Of a stretch of DNA of 64,000 nucleotides, positions 38,336-52,100 are shown piece after piece (positions within the stretch are counted from its first letter, which is position 1; each line of letters opens with the position of its first letter). Location: NCBI GenBank assembly GCA_964016885.1, contig OZ024745.1, positions 15,314,001 through 15,378,000 on the forward strand, written 5' to 3'. The notes beneath the pieces are model-generated. The model was not told the origin of the DNA, made no database searches, and saw nothing but the letters and a program-made list of their open reading frames with translations. A program made the position numbers and the translations under genes. Source of the stretch: Eledone cirrhosa. Taxonomy: Eukaryota.

Positions 38336-39180
38336 GTAGAACTTCAAGCAATATTCTAACTCCACATGACACAGTAAAGTTTCACGATGTAATCGCGAAT
38401 TGAAACTACATGGAATATATCGCTCACCCGGTGACTACTTCTGATCTATGGTGTTCAGCTATAGATGGTGTATTAATTCTCCACAGGTAAAGAGTTAAAA
38501 AGTAAATATTTTAATGTCATACTTAGTTTACCGTCATCTTTATATTTTTCAATGGGCGATTAAAGTGATGGACTTCAAAGAAAGAAAGAAACGTGAGTGT
38601 TGATATATATAAGTATTCCAAAAGACATAAAAAGATTTATAAGCTTTTAAATTGGAAGAGAAAAATGGTTGCTGGACTCGGTTCGTCTACAATGCTGCGG
38701 TTTCTTTCATTTTAGAACCGATTCCTCATATATATTTTGTTACTTATCTAATGTCAGTTCCGTGTAGTCTTTTCCGTTCTAGAAAAGCGTCTTGTCATTT
38801 TGTTATTTTTAAATCTTTAATAAAATCATCGATTTGAACATTTTCATCTCTCAATAAAAATGCGTCGCTTTCTAAATGTATAAAATCTGACCCCATCAGA
38901 AAATGTTGACTCATCATAAAGCAGTCGGGGTCATGTGAAATATATGAGCAATTTGTCTTTCGATTTTAGTTGATTTCTCCTGCATTAAGTAGAAATGCAG
39001 TCAGAGAGAGAGAAGGTGCGAGAAAATGGAGAGAAAGTGAAAGACTGAAATAGACAGAGAAAAATAGTTGAGTATGAATATAGATTTGTATATACACACA
39101 CAAACACACAAACATACACACACATATATATATATATATACACACACACATATATACACATATATTCATATATATAAATA

Positions 39181-39243
<63 letters not shown>

Positions 39244-39249
<6 letters not shown>

Positions 39250-39309
39250 CTATTTTTCACTGGGAAAAGAAAATGCTTACAAATTTTTCCCAGTGAAAAA
39301 TAGTTTAAT
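39244..39309. repeat. Hairpin with 25-bp arms next to (TA)n
   Basis: ATTAAACTATTTTTCACTGGGAAAA / TTTTCCCAGTGAAAAATAGTTTAAT. Confidence 0.85.
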
Positions 39310-39444
39310 TAGGAATAAATATAAATTAGTAATAAGTATTGGTTAGTATTCAGTTTTAGTTTTAAGTTTTTACCGGTTGCGCATTTCTAATGCTTTTCAA
39401 AAATAATTTTGAGATAGAGCGCTCGTGATGTTTGCTATAATCTG

Positions 39445-39515
<71 letters not shown>

Positions 39516-39518
39516 AAT

Positions 39519-39605
<87 letters not shown>

Positions 39606-39608
39606 AAT

Positions 39609-39674
<66 letters not shown>

Positions 39675-39679
<5 letters not shown>

Positions 39680-39870
39680 AAAATTGAACGGGAACTAAAC
39701 AGAGAGGCAGTACGAACAAAGGTTTATTAGTTTCACGCTCTTGAGAGTGGGGTGGTGGTGGGGAATGACGTTTCGGGCATAAGCCCTTCTTCAGGCGAAA
39801 AGTGTGTGGGAGGAGAGTTCCAAGGGTGTGTAGGGGAGTGGGGGAGAGACATTTAGAAAAAAGGGGGTAT
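39675..39870 (-). mobile_element. Solo pLTR-like unit with HHR core (39767-39797); tail copies at 28084-28160 and 56268-56330
   Basis: Minus strand CTGAAGA-A-GGGC ttat GCCC-GAAA-CG-TC (stem I weak), then CCCCACTCTCAAGAGCGTGAAA.TAATAAAC...GTTCCCGTTCAATTTT ending in (TA)n. Confidence 0.7.
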
Positions 39871-40029
39871 ATATACGTATATTTATGAAGGACTAGCGTC
39901 CGAAACGTTAAGACCGTCTTCCTGCTATATCAAGCGTTAACCTAATATATACCTTCCATATACTGTACCGATTGTGTTTTTATTTCTGTTTACTTTTTAC
40001 ATATATATATATATAGCGAATGTATGTAC

Positions 40030-40126
<97 letters not shown>

Positions 40127-40217
40127 TGTCTAAAAAGAGAGAGATAGAGAAATAATACTTGTACAGGTATAAAACTATGCGCATGTGTATGTGTGTCGAT
40201 ATGTAAATAAATAGATA

Positions 40218-42095
40218 TATTTCTTTATTTGCCACAAGGGCACACAAGAAAAGGGGACAATACAAAGACATGCCGGGGATTTTACATTTAGTCATGTAAA
40301 AATTATAAAAACAAACAATTACAACAATCGAAATCCCCCAATAGTGGGGAAGCGCCACAAATGAGTTGTTTAATACCCCGTCGATAGAACAACCTTCAAC
40401 TTCAGGAGCGTGTTGTGCAAGTGCTCCTTTCTTCCTTTTGCTCTCTTCTTTAACCTACAGGCTTATAAACAGAGAAGGCCCAATCACGGGCCATTTTCGC
40501 TTCATTCACCCACCTTTCAGTAAATTTACTGGGGTGCAGTGCCGCTCTCTCTCCACTCTGATTCTCCTTCTAAAGTTGTACCTAAAGAAGGTAATGAGTT
40601 GCTGTCCGGAGAGAAAGGCATCTGTCCTCAGTCCTCTCAATCTCGTCCACCATATAACTTCTTTCACCATATCCACTGTACAGAGGAAAGCCGCCTCTCT
40701 TTGGTTTTTGAATGAGGCTGGCGGTTTGATCCTTACTATGGACTCGGCAATCAACTGGATTTGTCCCATACGCGACAGCAGTTGTGCTGCGTAGTTCCAC
40801 AGGTCGCTTACGCCCAGGCAGTGTACAATTGCGTGCAAGACGGTTTCAATGTCCTGCTCGCATCTTGGACACGTCCTCTTGGAAGGATCCCTGCCGGGGC
40901 GTCCGTGCCTGTAGATCTTATCTCGAACGGGTAGAGCTCCTCGGTAGCACTGCCAGGCCAAGGACTTCTTGAAGTTATCCATAGGTCTCGGACGGAAAGT
41001 CCTACCAAACAGACTGGTGATCTCGTCGTCTTCGACGCCTAGAGTCTCCCCGACCACGTCGTCGCACTTATAAAGTACTAACCCTCTATAGAATGTAGAA
41101 GTGGAGTCTCCACTGATTGCTGTGCCCGCTTGACAGAGGACTGTGAGGGCCTGGGCACATTCAATGTGCCAGGCGCCCATCTTCTTCGGTCTTCGCTTCA
41201 CCCAGGACTGCAGCTCCGTCAGCGAGACAAGTTGTGGGAAGGCCTGTCTCACAAACGGTGCCCACACCGGTTGGTCGGTGAGGAATAACTGTAGATGCCG
41301 TAGCCTCAGCGCATGTTTGCGCATCATTAGCCACGGCATGCCCTGCCCTCCGTTGGAAGGGTGTTGACAGCAGACGGATCTCCTCACCAGTGGAGCCTGC
41401 TTTCTTCCACAGGAACTGGAAGAGCATGCGTTCCATCTTGGTGAGGTATTCACGGGGAAAGTCACGACAGTCAAGGGGTAGTAGATGACGGGCGCTATAA
41501 AAGTGTTCGCTACATCCGCTCGTCCGTTCAAAGACAGTTTGCACTCTGCCCACTTCTGGGTGAGCGCAAATACCTTGGCCATGATCTCGTTTCAGTTTTT
41601 CTCCACCTGGAGGTCAGGACCGAACCAGACCCCGAGCAATTTCACCGGTCCTTCCGTCCAGCGTCCGACGACGCTGTCAGACGGCATCGGTTTGCCTCTC
41701 CACGTTCCAGGTTGCAAACCGACAGACTTGTCCGGGTTCAGTTTTGCTCCTGTGAACCTTTCGTATTCCTGTAGTAGGTTGCCGATTACATTGATTTCCG
41801 AGGTTTTCGACACCATTACCGTTACGTCGTCTGCATAAACCGACGCCGCTTTTCGCAGTCCCAGTTCTAAAGGGATGCCCTGCAAAAGCTCCAACTTCCG
41901 CAGTAGTGGCTCTAGAGTCAATACGTACAGAATGGAGGAGAGAGGCCATCCCTGTCGAATGGAACGCGTTATTGCGAACGGCTCCGATAGGTAGCCGTTC
42001 ACCTTGACCCTTGAGTAGATGCTGGTATGCATCGCCTTGATCCAGCCTCTGAAAACGGGACCGAAACCGGCCGCCTTGAGAACCGCTTTCAAGTA
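40218..42095 (-). mobile_element. 5'-truncated L1/Tx1 element (subfamily 2) with 22-bp TSD
   Basis: RT second half (SIRQG.PLS..LY, VYADDVT, KLLGVWF) and C-terminal TCPRC...ET..HA..HC domain. TCGATATGTAAATAAATAGATA is duplicated at 40196-40217 and 42096-42117. Confidence 0.9.
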
Positions 42096-42429
42096 TCGAT
42101 ATGTAAATAAATAGATAGATAGATAGATAGATAGATATGTTTCTTTTATTTGCCACCAGGGCATCAAAAGTGGGACAAGTACAATGGGGGGAGTTTACAA
42201 AACAAGGCGTCCTCAATAAGGAGGAGGCAATAACAATATATAAAAATAGAATAAAATATAACAAAAAATAAAATTTATAACAAAGTCCTCAATAGGGAGG
42301 AGGCGCCTTGGGGGGTCGCACACACCCCCGAAAAAAAGTGTGCAACCCTTCTCCTCAGGAGCACAGAGAAGGGGTGCTCCCTTGGTCTTTCATCTTCCTC
42401 ACCTATAGTCTGATGTAGAGTAAAGGCCC

Positions 42430-45400
42430 ATTTACACGGGCCATTCTCGCCACTTTCACCCATCTTTCATAAAAACGACTGAGGTGCAGCACCTCTCTCT
42501 CCATCCTGATCCTTCTTCCGAAATGATATCGTTTTTGAAGAGGGGAGGCGGCTTGATCGTTACAATAGACTCGGTGGTCAACCGGATCGGTCCCACCCTT
42601 GACAGCAGTTGTTCGACATAGCCACACAGATCGGCTACGCCCGAGCAGTGTACCAATGCGTGTGCAACGGTTTCCTCGTCGCACACGCATCTGGGACAGA
42701 TCTTTTTGGCGGGGTCCCTAACCGGGCGCCCGTGTCTGTAGAGCTTTTCTCGAACGGGTAGAGCCCCTCAGTAGCACTGCCAGGCCAGGGACTTCTGGAA
42801 GTTATCCATAGGTCCCGGGCTGAATGTCCTACCGAACAGGCTGGCCAGTTCGTCTTCCTCCATGTCTAGGGCTTCTCCGAGGGCGTCGTCGCACCTGTTG
42901 CGTACCAGCCCTCTATAGAATGATGCGGTGGAGTCTCCACTGATAACCGGGTCCGCCTGCCAGAGGGCGGTGAGCGCCTGGGCACACTCAGTGTGCCAGG
43001 CGCCCAGTTTTCTCGGTCTTTGCTTGATCCAGGATTGCAGCTCGGTGAGTGAGACGAGTCTGGGAAAGGTTCGTCTCACAAACGAGGCCCACACCGGTTG
43101 ACCGGTGAGGAATACGTGGAGGTGCCGTAGCCTTAATGCGTGTTTACGCATCATTAACCACGGCATCCCCAGCCCTCCTTTCGTAGGGTGTTGACAGCAG
43201 ATGGATCTCCTCACCAAAGGAGCTCGCTTCTTCCAAATGAATTGGAAGAGTGCGCGCTCCATCTTGGCGAGGGTTTCCCTTGGGCAAGTCACGACGGTCA
43301 GGCGGTAGTAGATGACGGACGCTATATAGGTGTTCGCCCCCTCGCCCGACCTTTCAGGGATAGTTTGCAACTGGCCCACTTCTGGGTCAGTGCAAACACC
43401 CTGTTCGTAACCTCAGCCCAGTTCTTCTCCACCTGGAGGTCTGGTCCGAACCAGACCCCGAGCAACTTCACCGGGCCCTCCGTCCAGCGTCCGACGACGC
43501 CATCAGAGGGCATCGGTTTGCCCCTCCACGTGCCGAATTGCAAACCGATCGACTTGTCCCGGTTCAGCTTAGCCCCTGTGAACCTTTCGTACTTCTCCAG
43601 TAAGGTGCCGATCGCCCCGATTTCGGAGGCCGTCGACACCATTAGTGTCACGTCATCGGCGTAGGCCGACACCGCTTTCCGCAATCCCGGTTCCAAAGGC
43701 ATGCCCTGCAACAACTCCAACTTCCGTAGTAGTGGCTCGAGAGTCAACACATACAGAAGGGAGGAGAGAGGGCACACTTGTCGGATGGACCGCGCGATTT
43801 CGAACGGCTCCGATAGGTAGCCGTTCACCTTGACTCTAGAGCAGATGCGGCTGCTGTGCATAGAAGTGATCCAGCCCCTGAAAACGGGTCCGAAGCCTGC
43901 CGCCGCTAGCACCGCATCCAGGTAACCATGGTCGACCCTATCGAACGCCTTAGACTGATCCAAGTTGATCAGAACCCCACCAAAGCCAGGTTCGTTCCCA
44001 ACCCTCTCTATGATGTATCGCATGAGATGTAGGTTGTCATGGATGGACCTGGACGGGATAGCACATGTCTGCGCATCTCCCACCAGGTTGCCCATGACAA
44101 GCGCCAACCTCTTTGCTAGCACCTTGGCCGAAATCTGTAACTCTGAATTTAGCAGAGTTATGGGCCTGAAGTTACTTATTTCGTCCCCCTTGCTCTCGTC
44201 CTTCCTCGCTAGCGTGACTACGCCCTTGGTAACAGCACAGGGAATTCTCTCGTTCTGTTGCCAGTTGCAGTAGACCGCCTCGAGGAGATCGGGGAACAAG
44301 TCCGGCATAGCTAGATATAGTTCGTATGGAAGACGTCCTCTATCTCAGCGGCTGAAATCGGCTCCTCGCAGGACTTCGCCTCCCTGTCCGAGAGCCGCGG
44401 CAGGCCGTCGAGGTATGGACCGAAGTCCATATCCCCAACCGGCTCCCCGCCCCTTCCGAACAGTCGGGCAAAGTGCCTTTGAAAGGCCTCACACATCTGC
44501 TTAGGTTCAAGGATCGCAAAGACCGGATGGTGGATTTAGTTCCACTCTTGGCTTCTGTCACGCGGGCCCAGCTAACAGCTTTGGTCCCCTCGTTCCCTAG
44601 AGCACGTATTTTACTTCGGACAACGCAGCCTTCGTGCTTCGCGTCAAAAAACTGGCTCAAAGCCGTTCTCGATGCTAGCACTCTGGCCACGTCGCCGCTT
44701 CTAATTGCCTCTTCTACTCTATCTATTAGCTCCCTTTCCTTCCTATTCCTATCCGCAGCTAGAACCTTACTAAATTCTATCGAGACTACTCTAATCTTTC
44801 TCTTTAGAGATACACACCACCTTCTGTTGACGATCGCTCCAGTCAGCCGCTCCTTAACTAACGTACTAATCCGGTCCCTGTAAGCTTTACTTGCCGGTAA
44901 GGACAAGTTCAGCTTCCAGTAACCGGGGCCCTGTCTATGCGTTCTATCAAGGTTGACCATGCAGGTCACGAACTTGTGGTCTGAATAGCCAACCATGAGC
45001 ATTTCTGGACAACTTAAAAAGTCCCTGTCCTTATTTCTAACTAAGAACCTATCTAGGTACGATCTAGATTGACCGCTACGATTTGACCAAGACCAGGTTG
45101 GCACCGTCGGAAAATCTAGTCGAAATCTATCGACCAGGTCAAATCGGCCGAGTAACTCCTTGAGGCTGTTGCACCCCTCTCTATCGGGACATTCCCCTGC
45201 ATAGTCCCAACGTGCATCCAGGATACCATTCCAGTCCCCCACTAAAAGCAGGGAACGGGACGTCCCTAGAAAAGACTCCAGACGCTGGAAAATGTCGGGC
45301 TGCTCTGTCCCAAAAGGGGCATATGCGGCTACCAGCCTAAAGGCTCCACCTTCACCACTGCCAAGGTCTAGCACCACCAGTCGACCCCCCGGGTCCAAGT

Positions 45401-45656
45401 GAACTATCTGTGTGACGAGACCCAGATGTTTTTGCAGCAGACCGACAACCCCACCCCCACCTCCGGGCGGACAGAGAGATGCGCGCATCTCAAAGTCATC
45501 AAAGGTGGGGGATAGCTGTCGCATGCTGCTGATCCGGGCCTCGCAGATAACCATCACATTTATAGATCGTGCCCTGAGGTCATTTAGAAGCATTGCTTGC
45601 TTCCAAGATGAGCCCAGGCCACGCGCATTTAGACACCCTACTCTCAGCACAACCAT
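42430..45656 (-). pseudogene. Tx1 ORF2: apurinic-type endonuclease + reverse transcriptase + C-terminal zinc-binding domain, several frameshifts or deletions
   Basis: GCLNARGL, AAYAP, VGDWN, SYLDRFL, YSDHK, WKLN (endonuclease); NFRPITLLNSE, QTCAIP.RSI.DN, LDQSKAFDRVDH, AYADDVT (RT); CPRC...ET..HA.VHC. Confidence 0.92.
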
Positions 45657-45843
45657 GTTGGTGGTAAGGAGAAAAGGCACTTACCTCTCTGCGTCCCGGG
45701 GAGCGGGCCGCTCAATTTCCATGAGGGTTGGGGATGGGTTGTTGGGTGGGGTGGCGGTTTGTGGAAGTGTAGGGGCATCAGTGTGTTGTGGGGTTGGGGT
45801 GTTTGTGGTTGAGTGGGTGTCTAGGTGGGGGTGGGGAAATTTT

Positions 45844-47355
45844 TTAGGAGGACGCGGTTGATTGGCTTGGAGCAGGGGGGGGGGGGGCCACGCCCTCCGT
45901 GAAATTTATTTTCAGCGTTTTGTATAAGTTCATTGGGACTTTAATCATTTGTAAATGAGGTAGGCCCACAGCAGTTAGAAAGTTAGGCCCTTCAGTTTGG
46001 ACCGAAGGGTTTGACGAAATTGTGTTCATTAGTTCTTTGTTGTCTGTGTTCATGTATGTATATTGTAAAGTCTTTTTTTGCGCAGCAGTTAGTGTTGTGT
46101 GACGGGGAGGGTTGGTTTGTATATTGTTTGTTTTCTCTTGGGAAGGGTTAATGTTAATAAGTGTGTCTGTGGTGCGCCTCCTCTTCTTTCTTTTTACTAT
46201 TTGGACGGGATCTTTTTCGTCTTGCGACAGTATTCTGTGTTGTTTTTTCACGTGTTTGTTGTTGCTGCTGTTGTGGTGGTGGTGTTGTTGGTTTTTTGTT
46301 GTTGTTGTGGTTGTTTTTGTTGTTGTTGTTGGGGTGGTGTTGGTGTTGGTTGTTGGGGTGTTGGTAGCAGTGGTTTTTTCGGTGTGAGCTGGGGACAGGC
46401 AGCCCTCAGGTGACCTCTATTGCCACAGAGGTAACAGGAGGGACGCCTACCCTCCATAATAATGTTGAGGTGCCTACGGTCATCCAGCATGACGCGCTCA
46501 GGGATTTGGACGATACGTTCTGGCCTTATTTGGGTCAGAACTTCGATACTCGTTCCACTAAACGAGTCGCCGGATACCATCCCTACTGATATAAGGTTGT
46601 CCTCGTCTAAATTGAGGAAACCGGTTAGTAACGACCAATAGTTTATGTTTGGGGTTATGGTTGTTATCCATATTCTTTGGGTTTTTTTACCCATGTAGGT
46701 GGGGAAGAAGGTGTAGTGTGTGGAACGAATTGGCGACACAGAGTATTTTTTCGCCGCCAATTCGTCTTTCATCAATATGGATAAACTCCCATAGAGTTTA
46801 TCCTCTTGTATGAAAATAATGTCTTTCATAGCTTCTTTTAGTACTAACTGAATTTCAGCTTGAGATGGTTGTGCTGGTTTTTTTGTTTTATTTGCAATTG
46901 TACGGAATACAACAGTTCGTAATTCCGTCTGTTTTTTTAGTTCTGGGGGCGAATTTATGGAAAAAGAACCATTTTCGCCAAACGATACATATTTTTTTGC
47001 TTTTTCAAGCATTTCTTTGGCATTTGATATATCTTCAAGCACATATGTGACTGATATTTTAGCAGTTTGTGCAAAAGATATTTTGTTTTCATTGTTGGTG
47101 TTTGAATTGTTTTGTTTCTCGTAATTTGAATTGTTTTCATTTTTGTTGTTGTTGTCTTTCTCGTTTGGTGTGTTGGTTTTGTCATTGTTTGTGTTTGAGT
47201 TGTAATAAATTGGGTGCACCCGTATTTAATTGTTTGTCTGGCATATCGCCTTTTACAACGTTGACGCGAGAAAGCAATACGCTTTGTACCGCTTGCTTCT
47301 TTCTTTCTTTTTCCTTAGTGAGCGTGGCGTTATCGTCCACACGTGCTGCAGACAT
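45844..47355 (-). pseudogene. Tx1 ORF1 (gag-like, CCHC knuckle), frameshifted
   Basis: ORF 46248-47219 contains GRRPSCYLCGNRGHLRAACP (CX2CX4HX4C), an N-rich N-terminus and a Q/T/P-rich tail. A candidate upstream ATG at 47355 is in another frame. Confidence 0.8.
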
Positions 47356-48592
47356 GGCGTCAATTTTTTACCATGTGAGTCAGCAAAAATGTTTTGGAGT
47401 AGTTTTTAACCCTCAAACGAGGTAAAAATACGATGACCACCCGTCTACAGACCTGGCCGGGTGGTTAAAAGGCACGAAGACAACGCAATAAAGAGACAAA
47501 CACTTACTGTCAATGGGTAAAATTTCAAAAAGGCAGGAGCCGATGTTATACACGTCTATACTATACGAGATAGATAGATAGATAAAATGGCGGAAAACGT
47601 ACTAGAAATAATAATGAGAAAGATCGAAACACTTATACTTCTATTCTGAATCAATGTTTGTTTTAGCGAAGAAAGGGCTGTAAAAACTATTACCATACGC
47701 ATGCGCAGAGGTCATTAAAACACTGAAGAAAAATGATAAAAGTCAGCAAAGAGAAACATAAGAAGAAAAAAAGACTCATAAATGAATAATGAAGCAGACG
47801 TATGACGAGAAATAGATTGGGTTTTTGTTCGTTGTTTTTTTTTTTTTTTTGTTGGTGATTTATTTGGTTCTGGTTTTGTTTTTATATTTTTTTCACAGTA
47901 AGAGACAAATCGGCCATTCTTAAACTCGGAATATTAATGAAATATAGAGCTTAGAGTTGATTATTTCTAGCAGAATGTTTTCTGTTACCAAAGACTCGTT
48001 TAGTACTGTATATGTAAAATATGACTTTACAATAGTAGAGTGCTTAGAAGCGGTTTTTGTATTTAAAGACAGATATAATCAATACTGCAGTGGAATAACT
48101 TCGGAAGGATTAACAATTAATAAATGGATATATAGTTATATATGTATTCCAGACTACAGTTTTCTTTTGCCGAGGTATTATGTATTTATTTATAACCTTT
48201 TTAGAGAATATACATTCTCGGCTTTATTACTCCCGATAACGATTTTTTTTCAGTAAACGTATCCAAAATGGAAGTGCGGAAGAGAGGTTACTAGTTTTAT
48301 TGCCTGTTTAGTCCAACACGTCATTTCTGCGTGCCATATTGACAAACATTGCTAGCTTTACATTTGTTTTTTTTTAAATCATTAGTTTTAAACTCTAAAC
48401 CCTCTTTCTTCTTTTCTGAAGTGATCTTTTCTACTTTAAGAATCGCCATAAAATATATTCTCTCCAATATGAAAGACATTGATTGTATGTGCATTTTTGA
48501 TAACCTCTTCAACATTATTTCTACTTCTACTTCTCCCTTTCTCTCTCTCTCTCTCCCTTTCTCTTTTATCGTTATGTTTAAGAGTCCACAAA

Positions 48593-48660
<68 letters not shown>

Positions 48661-48917
48661 TATATACACACACACACACCAATACGTACATACACACATA
48701 TTCAAATGTATGCATGGTGTTTTTTTTCTATTTCCTTTTCTTCACATTTTGTTTTAGGTCTCGGCGTCTCTCTGTTTTTATAGACATAGCTTCTCCGGAA
48801 TCATTGCTTCTTTACGACAATAGGTTTTGCACATCTATATACATAAACCTATATATATATATACATACATACATACATATAATTCATACACATATACACA
48901 CATACTTACATACATAT

Positions 48918-48944
<27 letters not shown>

Positions 48945-48950
<6 letters not shown>

Positions 48951-48991
48951 CATATGCATACATACATACCTATACATGTATATATATATAT

Positions 48992-49027
<36 letters not shown>

Positions 49028-49063
49028 ATGCATACATACATACCTATACATGTATATATATAT

Positions 49064-49109
<46 letters not shown>

Positions 49110-49145
49110 GCATACATACATACCTATACATGTATATATATATAT

Positions 49146-49176
<31 letters not shown>

Positions 49177-49178
49177 CA
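48945..49178. repeat. Three-copy higher-order repeat built from microsatellite pieces
   Basis: CATATGCATACATACATACCTATACATGTATA...CACACA..(TA)n repeated three times at ~75-bp spacing. Confidence 0.85.
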
Positions 49179-50336
49179 GGTACCAAAAATGTGCCTGGGT
49201 GATCGCTATCCGTATATATTCAATATGCATGAGAAATGTTTCTAAACTTGTTTTCGTGGACTTGTAATTCAGTGTGTTACAAAAGATAATATATATAGTA
49301 TAAAATAATATCAGTTATTGCAACATAAATGAGTAGCAGGAGAAATAAAACCATGTAGACTCTTACTTATAATTATACATGATTTTCCGTCCCTTGCTTC
49401 AATGTTTCTCTAAATTTTTATGCTCGAAATTATCTATTACGATTTCAACATTACCTACATTTCAAATGTTATATCCACAACACTGCCAGACATAAGATGT
49501 TAAAGCTGGTGAAAGTCGCTTCCCTTGATAAATGGTACCCGACTGAATCTTCGTCTAACTTTGGTACAGACAGCTGTCACCTAAATAATTTCTCTTTTCT
49601 AATCATCTTTTCACATTCTCTTCTGTTGTATATATTAAAACGAGGTCTACACCCGGGAATACAACCACACAGAGATAGAAATAATCATACATATATCTAG
49701 ACCTATACACAATTCTAATCTCCCTCCTCCTCTCTCTTTCTTTCTCACCTCTCTCTCTTTCTCTCACTCACTGTATGTGTAAGGAGAGTATGGAGTATGT
49801 GTGTTGTTTTTAGCCCTGGGTCCGCTCTAACTGAGCGGGCCTATGATCAAAGGAGCTCTAACCACAACCATGCCGTCTTTTTTAAAGTAGATTTTGATTT
49901 AAATCAAACGTTTCAATCCTATGTGCATGGTCTTTATAGGGGGTGGGGGTGGAAGCATTCTGAATTGGTGGAGGGGGAGGGTTACAGATTGGACTATTTA
50001 GTTGTAGTGATTAATTTAGCTTTTTGCACTCTAAAATGGTCAGAAAACTACGATAAGTAATAAACATAACATGTACATAAATTGTAGCACATATCCAAAT
50101 AGATGCGTGTTTTGGTAGTTTGGGGAGAAAAATATAATTATTGGAGGAGCCATGCCCCCTCCCCCGTTCCACTATCACTGCTTATAGAGAATTTAAAATA
50201 GAATATGCTCTGCGGCCTTTCCTAAGGGGTTAATATATTGAGCTTCTTCGCATTTGGTAAGAAACTGGTATTATACCAAATTTATTCATCTCATATATAT
50301 GTATATATATATATATATATCTATATATATATAATG

Positions 50337-50369
<33 letters not shown>

Positions 50370-50377
50370 ATAATAAA

Positions 50378-50521
50378 TGTGAAGACTAAAATCCGAAGAG
50401 GGATCAATAAGGATCATATATATATAAAAATATATAAAATATATAAAACTAGCAAAACTTGTTTCAGAAGATCCCGTTAAGGGTGAAAGCAGCGATTCTT
50501 TGCTTAAACTGTAATCTGTTA

Positions 50522-50527
<6 letters not shown>
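50378..50527 (+). mobile_element. Second copy of the 9570-9750 unit with CAGAAGA hammerhead-like motif (50461-50510)
   Basis: TGAAGACTAAAATCC.AAGAGGG...GTTTCAGAAGATCCCGTTAAGGGTGAAAGCAGCGATTCTTTGCTTAAACT.TAATCTGTTATTTTAAT; flanked by microsatellites. Confidence 0.8.
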
Positions 50528-50600
<73 letters not shown>

Positions 50601-51599
50601 TCATTTATTATGGCTACTAGCAGAAAAAAAAACACCCTTCGAGTAGTTTTCTGCTAGCATGTGTAGTGTGCATATTGATATTATACTCAAGTATATATAC
50701 ATGTAGATATGATACATCAAATAAAATCGTAATTGAGAATATACGCAGAAATTGACCGAAGTCTATGTTACACCCTCTTATGTAATCAGTAGTGTAATCC
50801 ATTTAAAAAAAGACGATATTATATATAAACTGCATTAGGAGAAAATTAGCGACGGAAATATATGCGATATTTTTATAAGTGTTACAATATAACGGCCGCT
50901 AACCCGAAGTGTTGACATTTGAAAATTTTAAAGAAGTGAATCTTTAAATAAGCTATAAAATATATTTAATCAAGAGCCACGAAATTTAGCACATAAATTG
51001 TGTAATATTCATTCATTATTTATTCAAAGTAATCCAACTTATTTTACAAACGGGGTTAAAAAATATATTCTGGACGCAATCCCGCACTCCTTTCTTTATT
51101 ATAGTTAAGATTGGTGAGCTTTGTTGCTCTAACGTTTCTCCTGCGCACTCACAGCATCACCAGTCTTGTCTGGTGAGTACTCAGGTGAGACTCCAGAGTA
51201 ACAAGGCTTAGCCATAATAAATGAATATTCAAACTCTACTTCGCTATTGAGTTTTCATTCTTTCGTCCGTCAATAATTCATGTACTCTCAGTCAAGTCTT
51301 GAATAATCGCCCCCCCCCCCGCTTTTTAATCTATCATATTTCCCCGTCACCCTGAGTTTTATTCCATCCCCCATCCCCCATCCGCTTATTAATTAAAATT
51401 TGCTAATCTATCTCCGGCAACATTTTATTGTAAGTGATTCATATTAATACTAATAATTATTTTATTTTACATTAAAAAACATTATATATGACAAAAGAAG
51501 AACATTACAAGAAATCCCATATTTAAGAACTTACACTAAACAGTTACTGATTTCCCAAGACTCCCCCCCCCCTCCTATTATTTGGAACCCAAGAGTGCC

Positions 51600-52100
51600 A
51601 CCAATCTCTCCTCCTCTCTATGTCTATCGCACAAAAATCTCTTTTAATCCCCCTCTCTGTATCTACTGAAACCAAACTCTACCCCTCTCTATATCTGCCA
51701 CGACACCACCTCTCTTATTCCACTCTCTATATCTAAGACTAATTCACTCTCTCACTCTCTGTAAATATCTACATTTATCTCTCCCAATCCACCTCTGTAT
51801 ATCAATCACCCTTAAACTCTCACCTTCTCTATATCTACTACACGGCACTCTCCCGTTATCCTTCTCTGTATAACTATAATCTCCAAATTCTCCTCCTCTC
51901 TATATTTACTACACGGTACACTCTTCCAAACCCTCTCGTTTTATCACCCCCCCCCCCACACACACACACCTTATATTTACTATACCGAAATCTCTTCCAA
52001 TCTCCCTCTCTATATCTACTACATTGCACTCTCTTCAAAAACCCCTCTCTATATCAATTACCAACGAACTCTCCACCTCTTTATATCTATATCTATCTCT
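51600..52100. repeat. Degenerate CT-rich tandem repeat (~38-40-bp period)
   Basis: Recurring CTCTCTATATCTACT..AC...ACTCTC motif. Confidence 0.6.

Larger units (their letters stand above)
42137..47567 (-). mobile_element. Near full-length L1/Tx1-clade non-LTR retrotransposon (inactivated)
   Basis: 5' UTR, ORF1 with zinc knuckle, ORF2 APE-RT-Cys domain, 3' UTR with AATAAA. (GATA)n on both flanks (42111-42136 and 47568-47584). Confidence 0.92.

Noticed and set aside
37068-38403. Cys/His/Trp-rich repetitive ORFs
   Set aside because: Products of the 10-bp minisatellite; the period is not a multiple of three and similar ORFs occur in all frames.
51125-51170. Additional degenerate hammerheads (also ~7700-7745 and ~62790-62828)
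   Set aside because: The GAAA/stem III half is present, but the CUGANGA core or stem I is too decayed to call.
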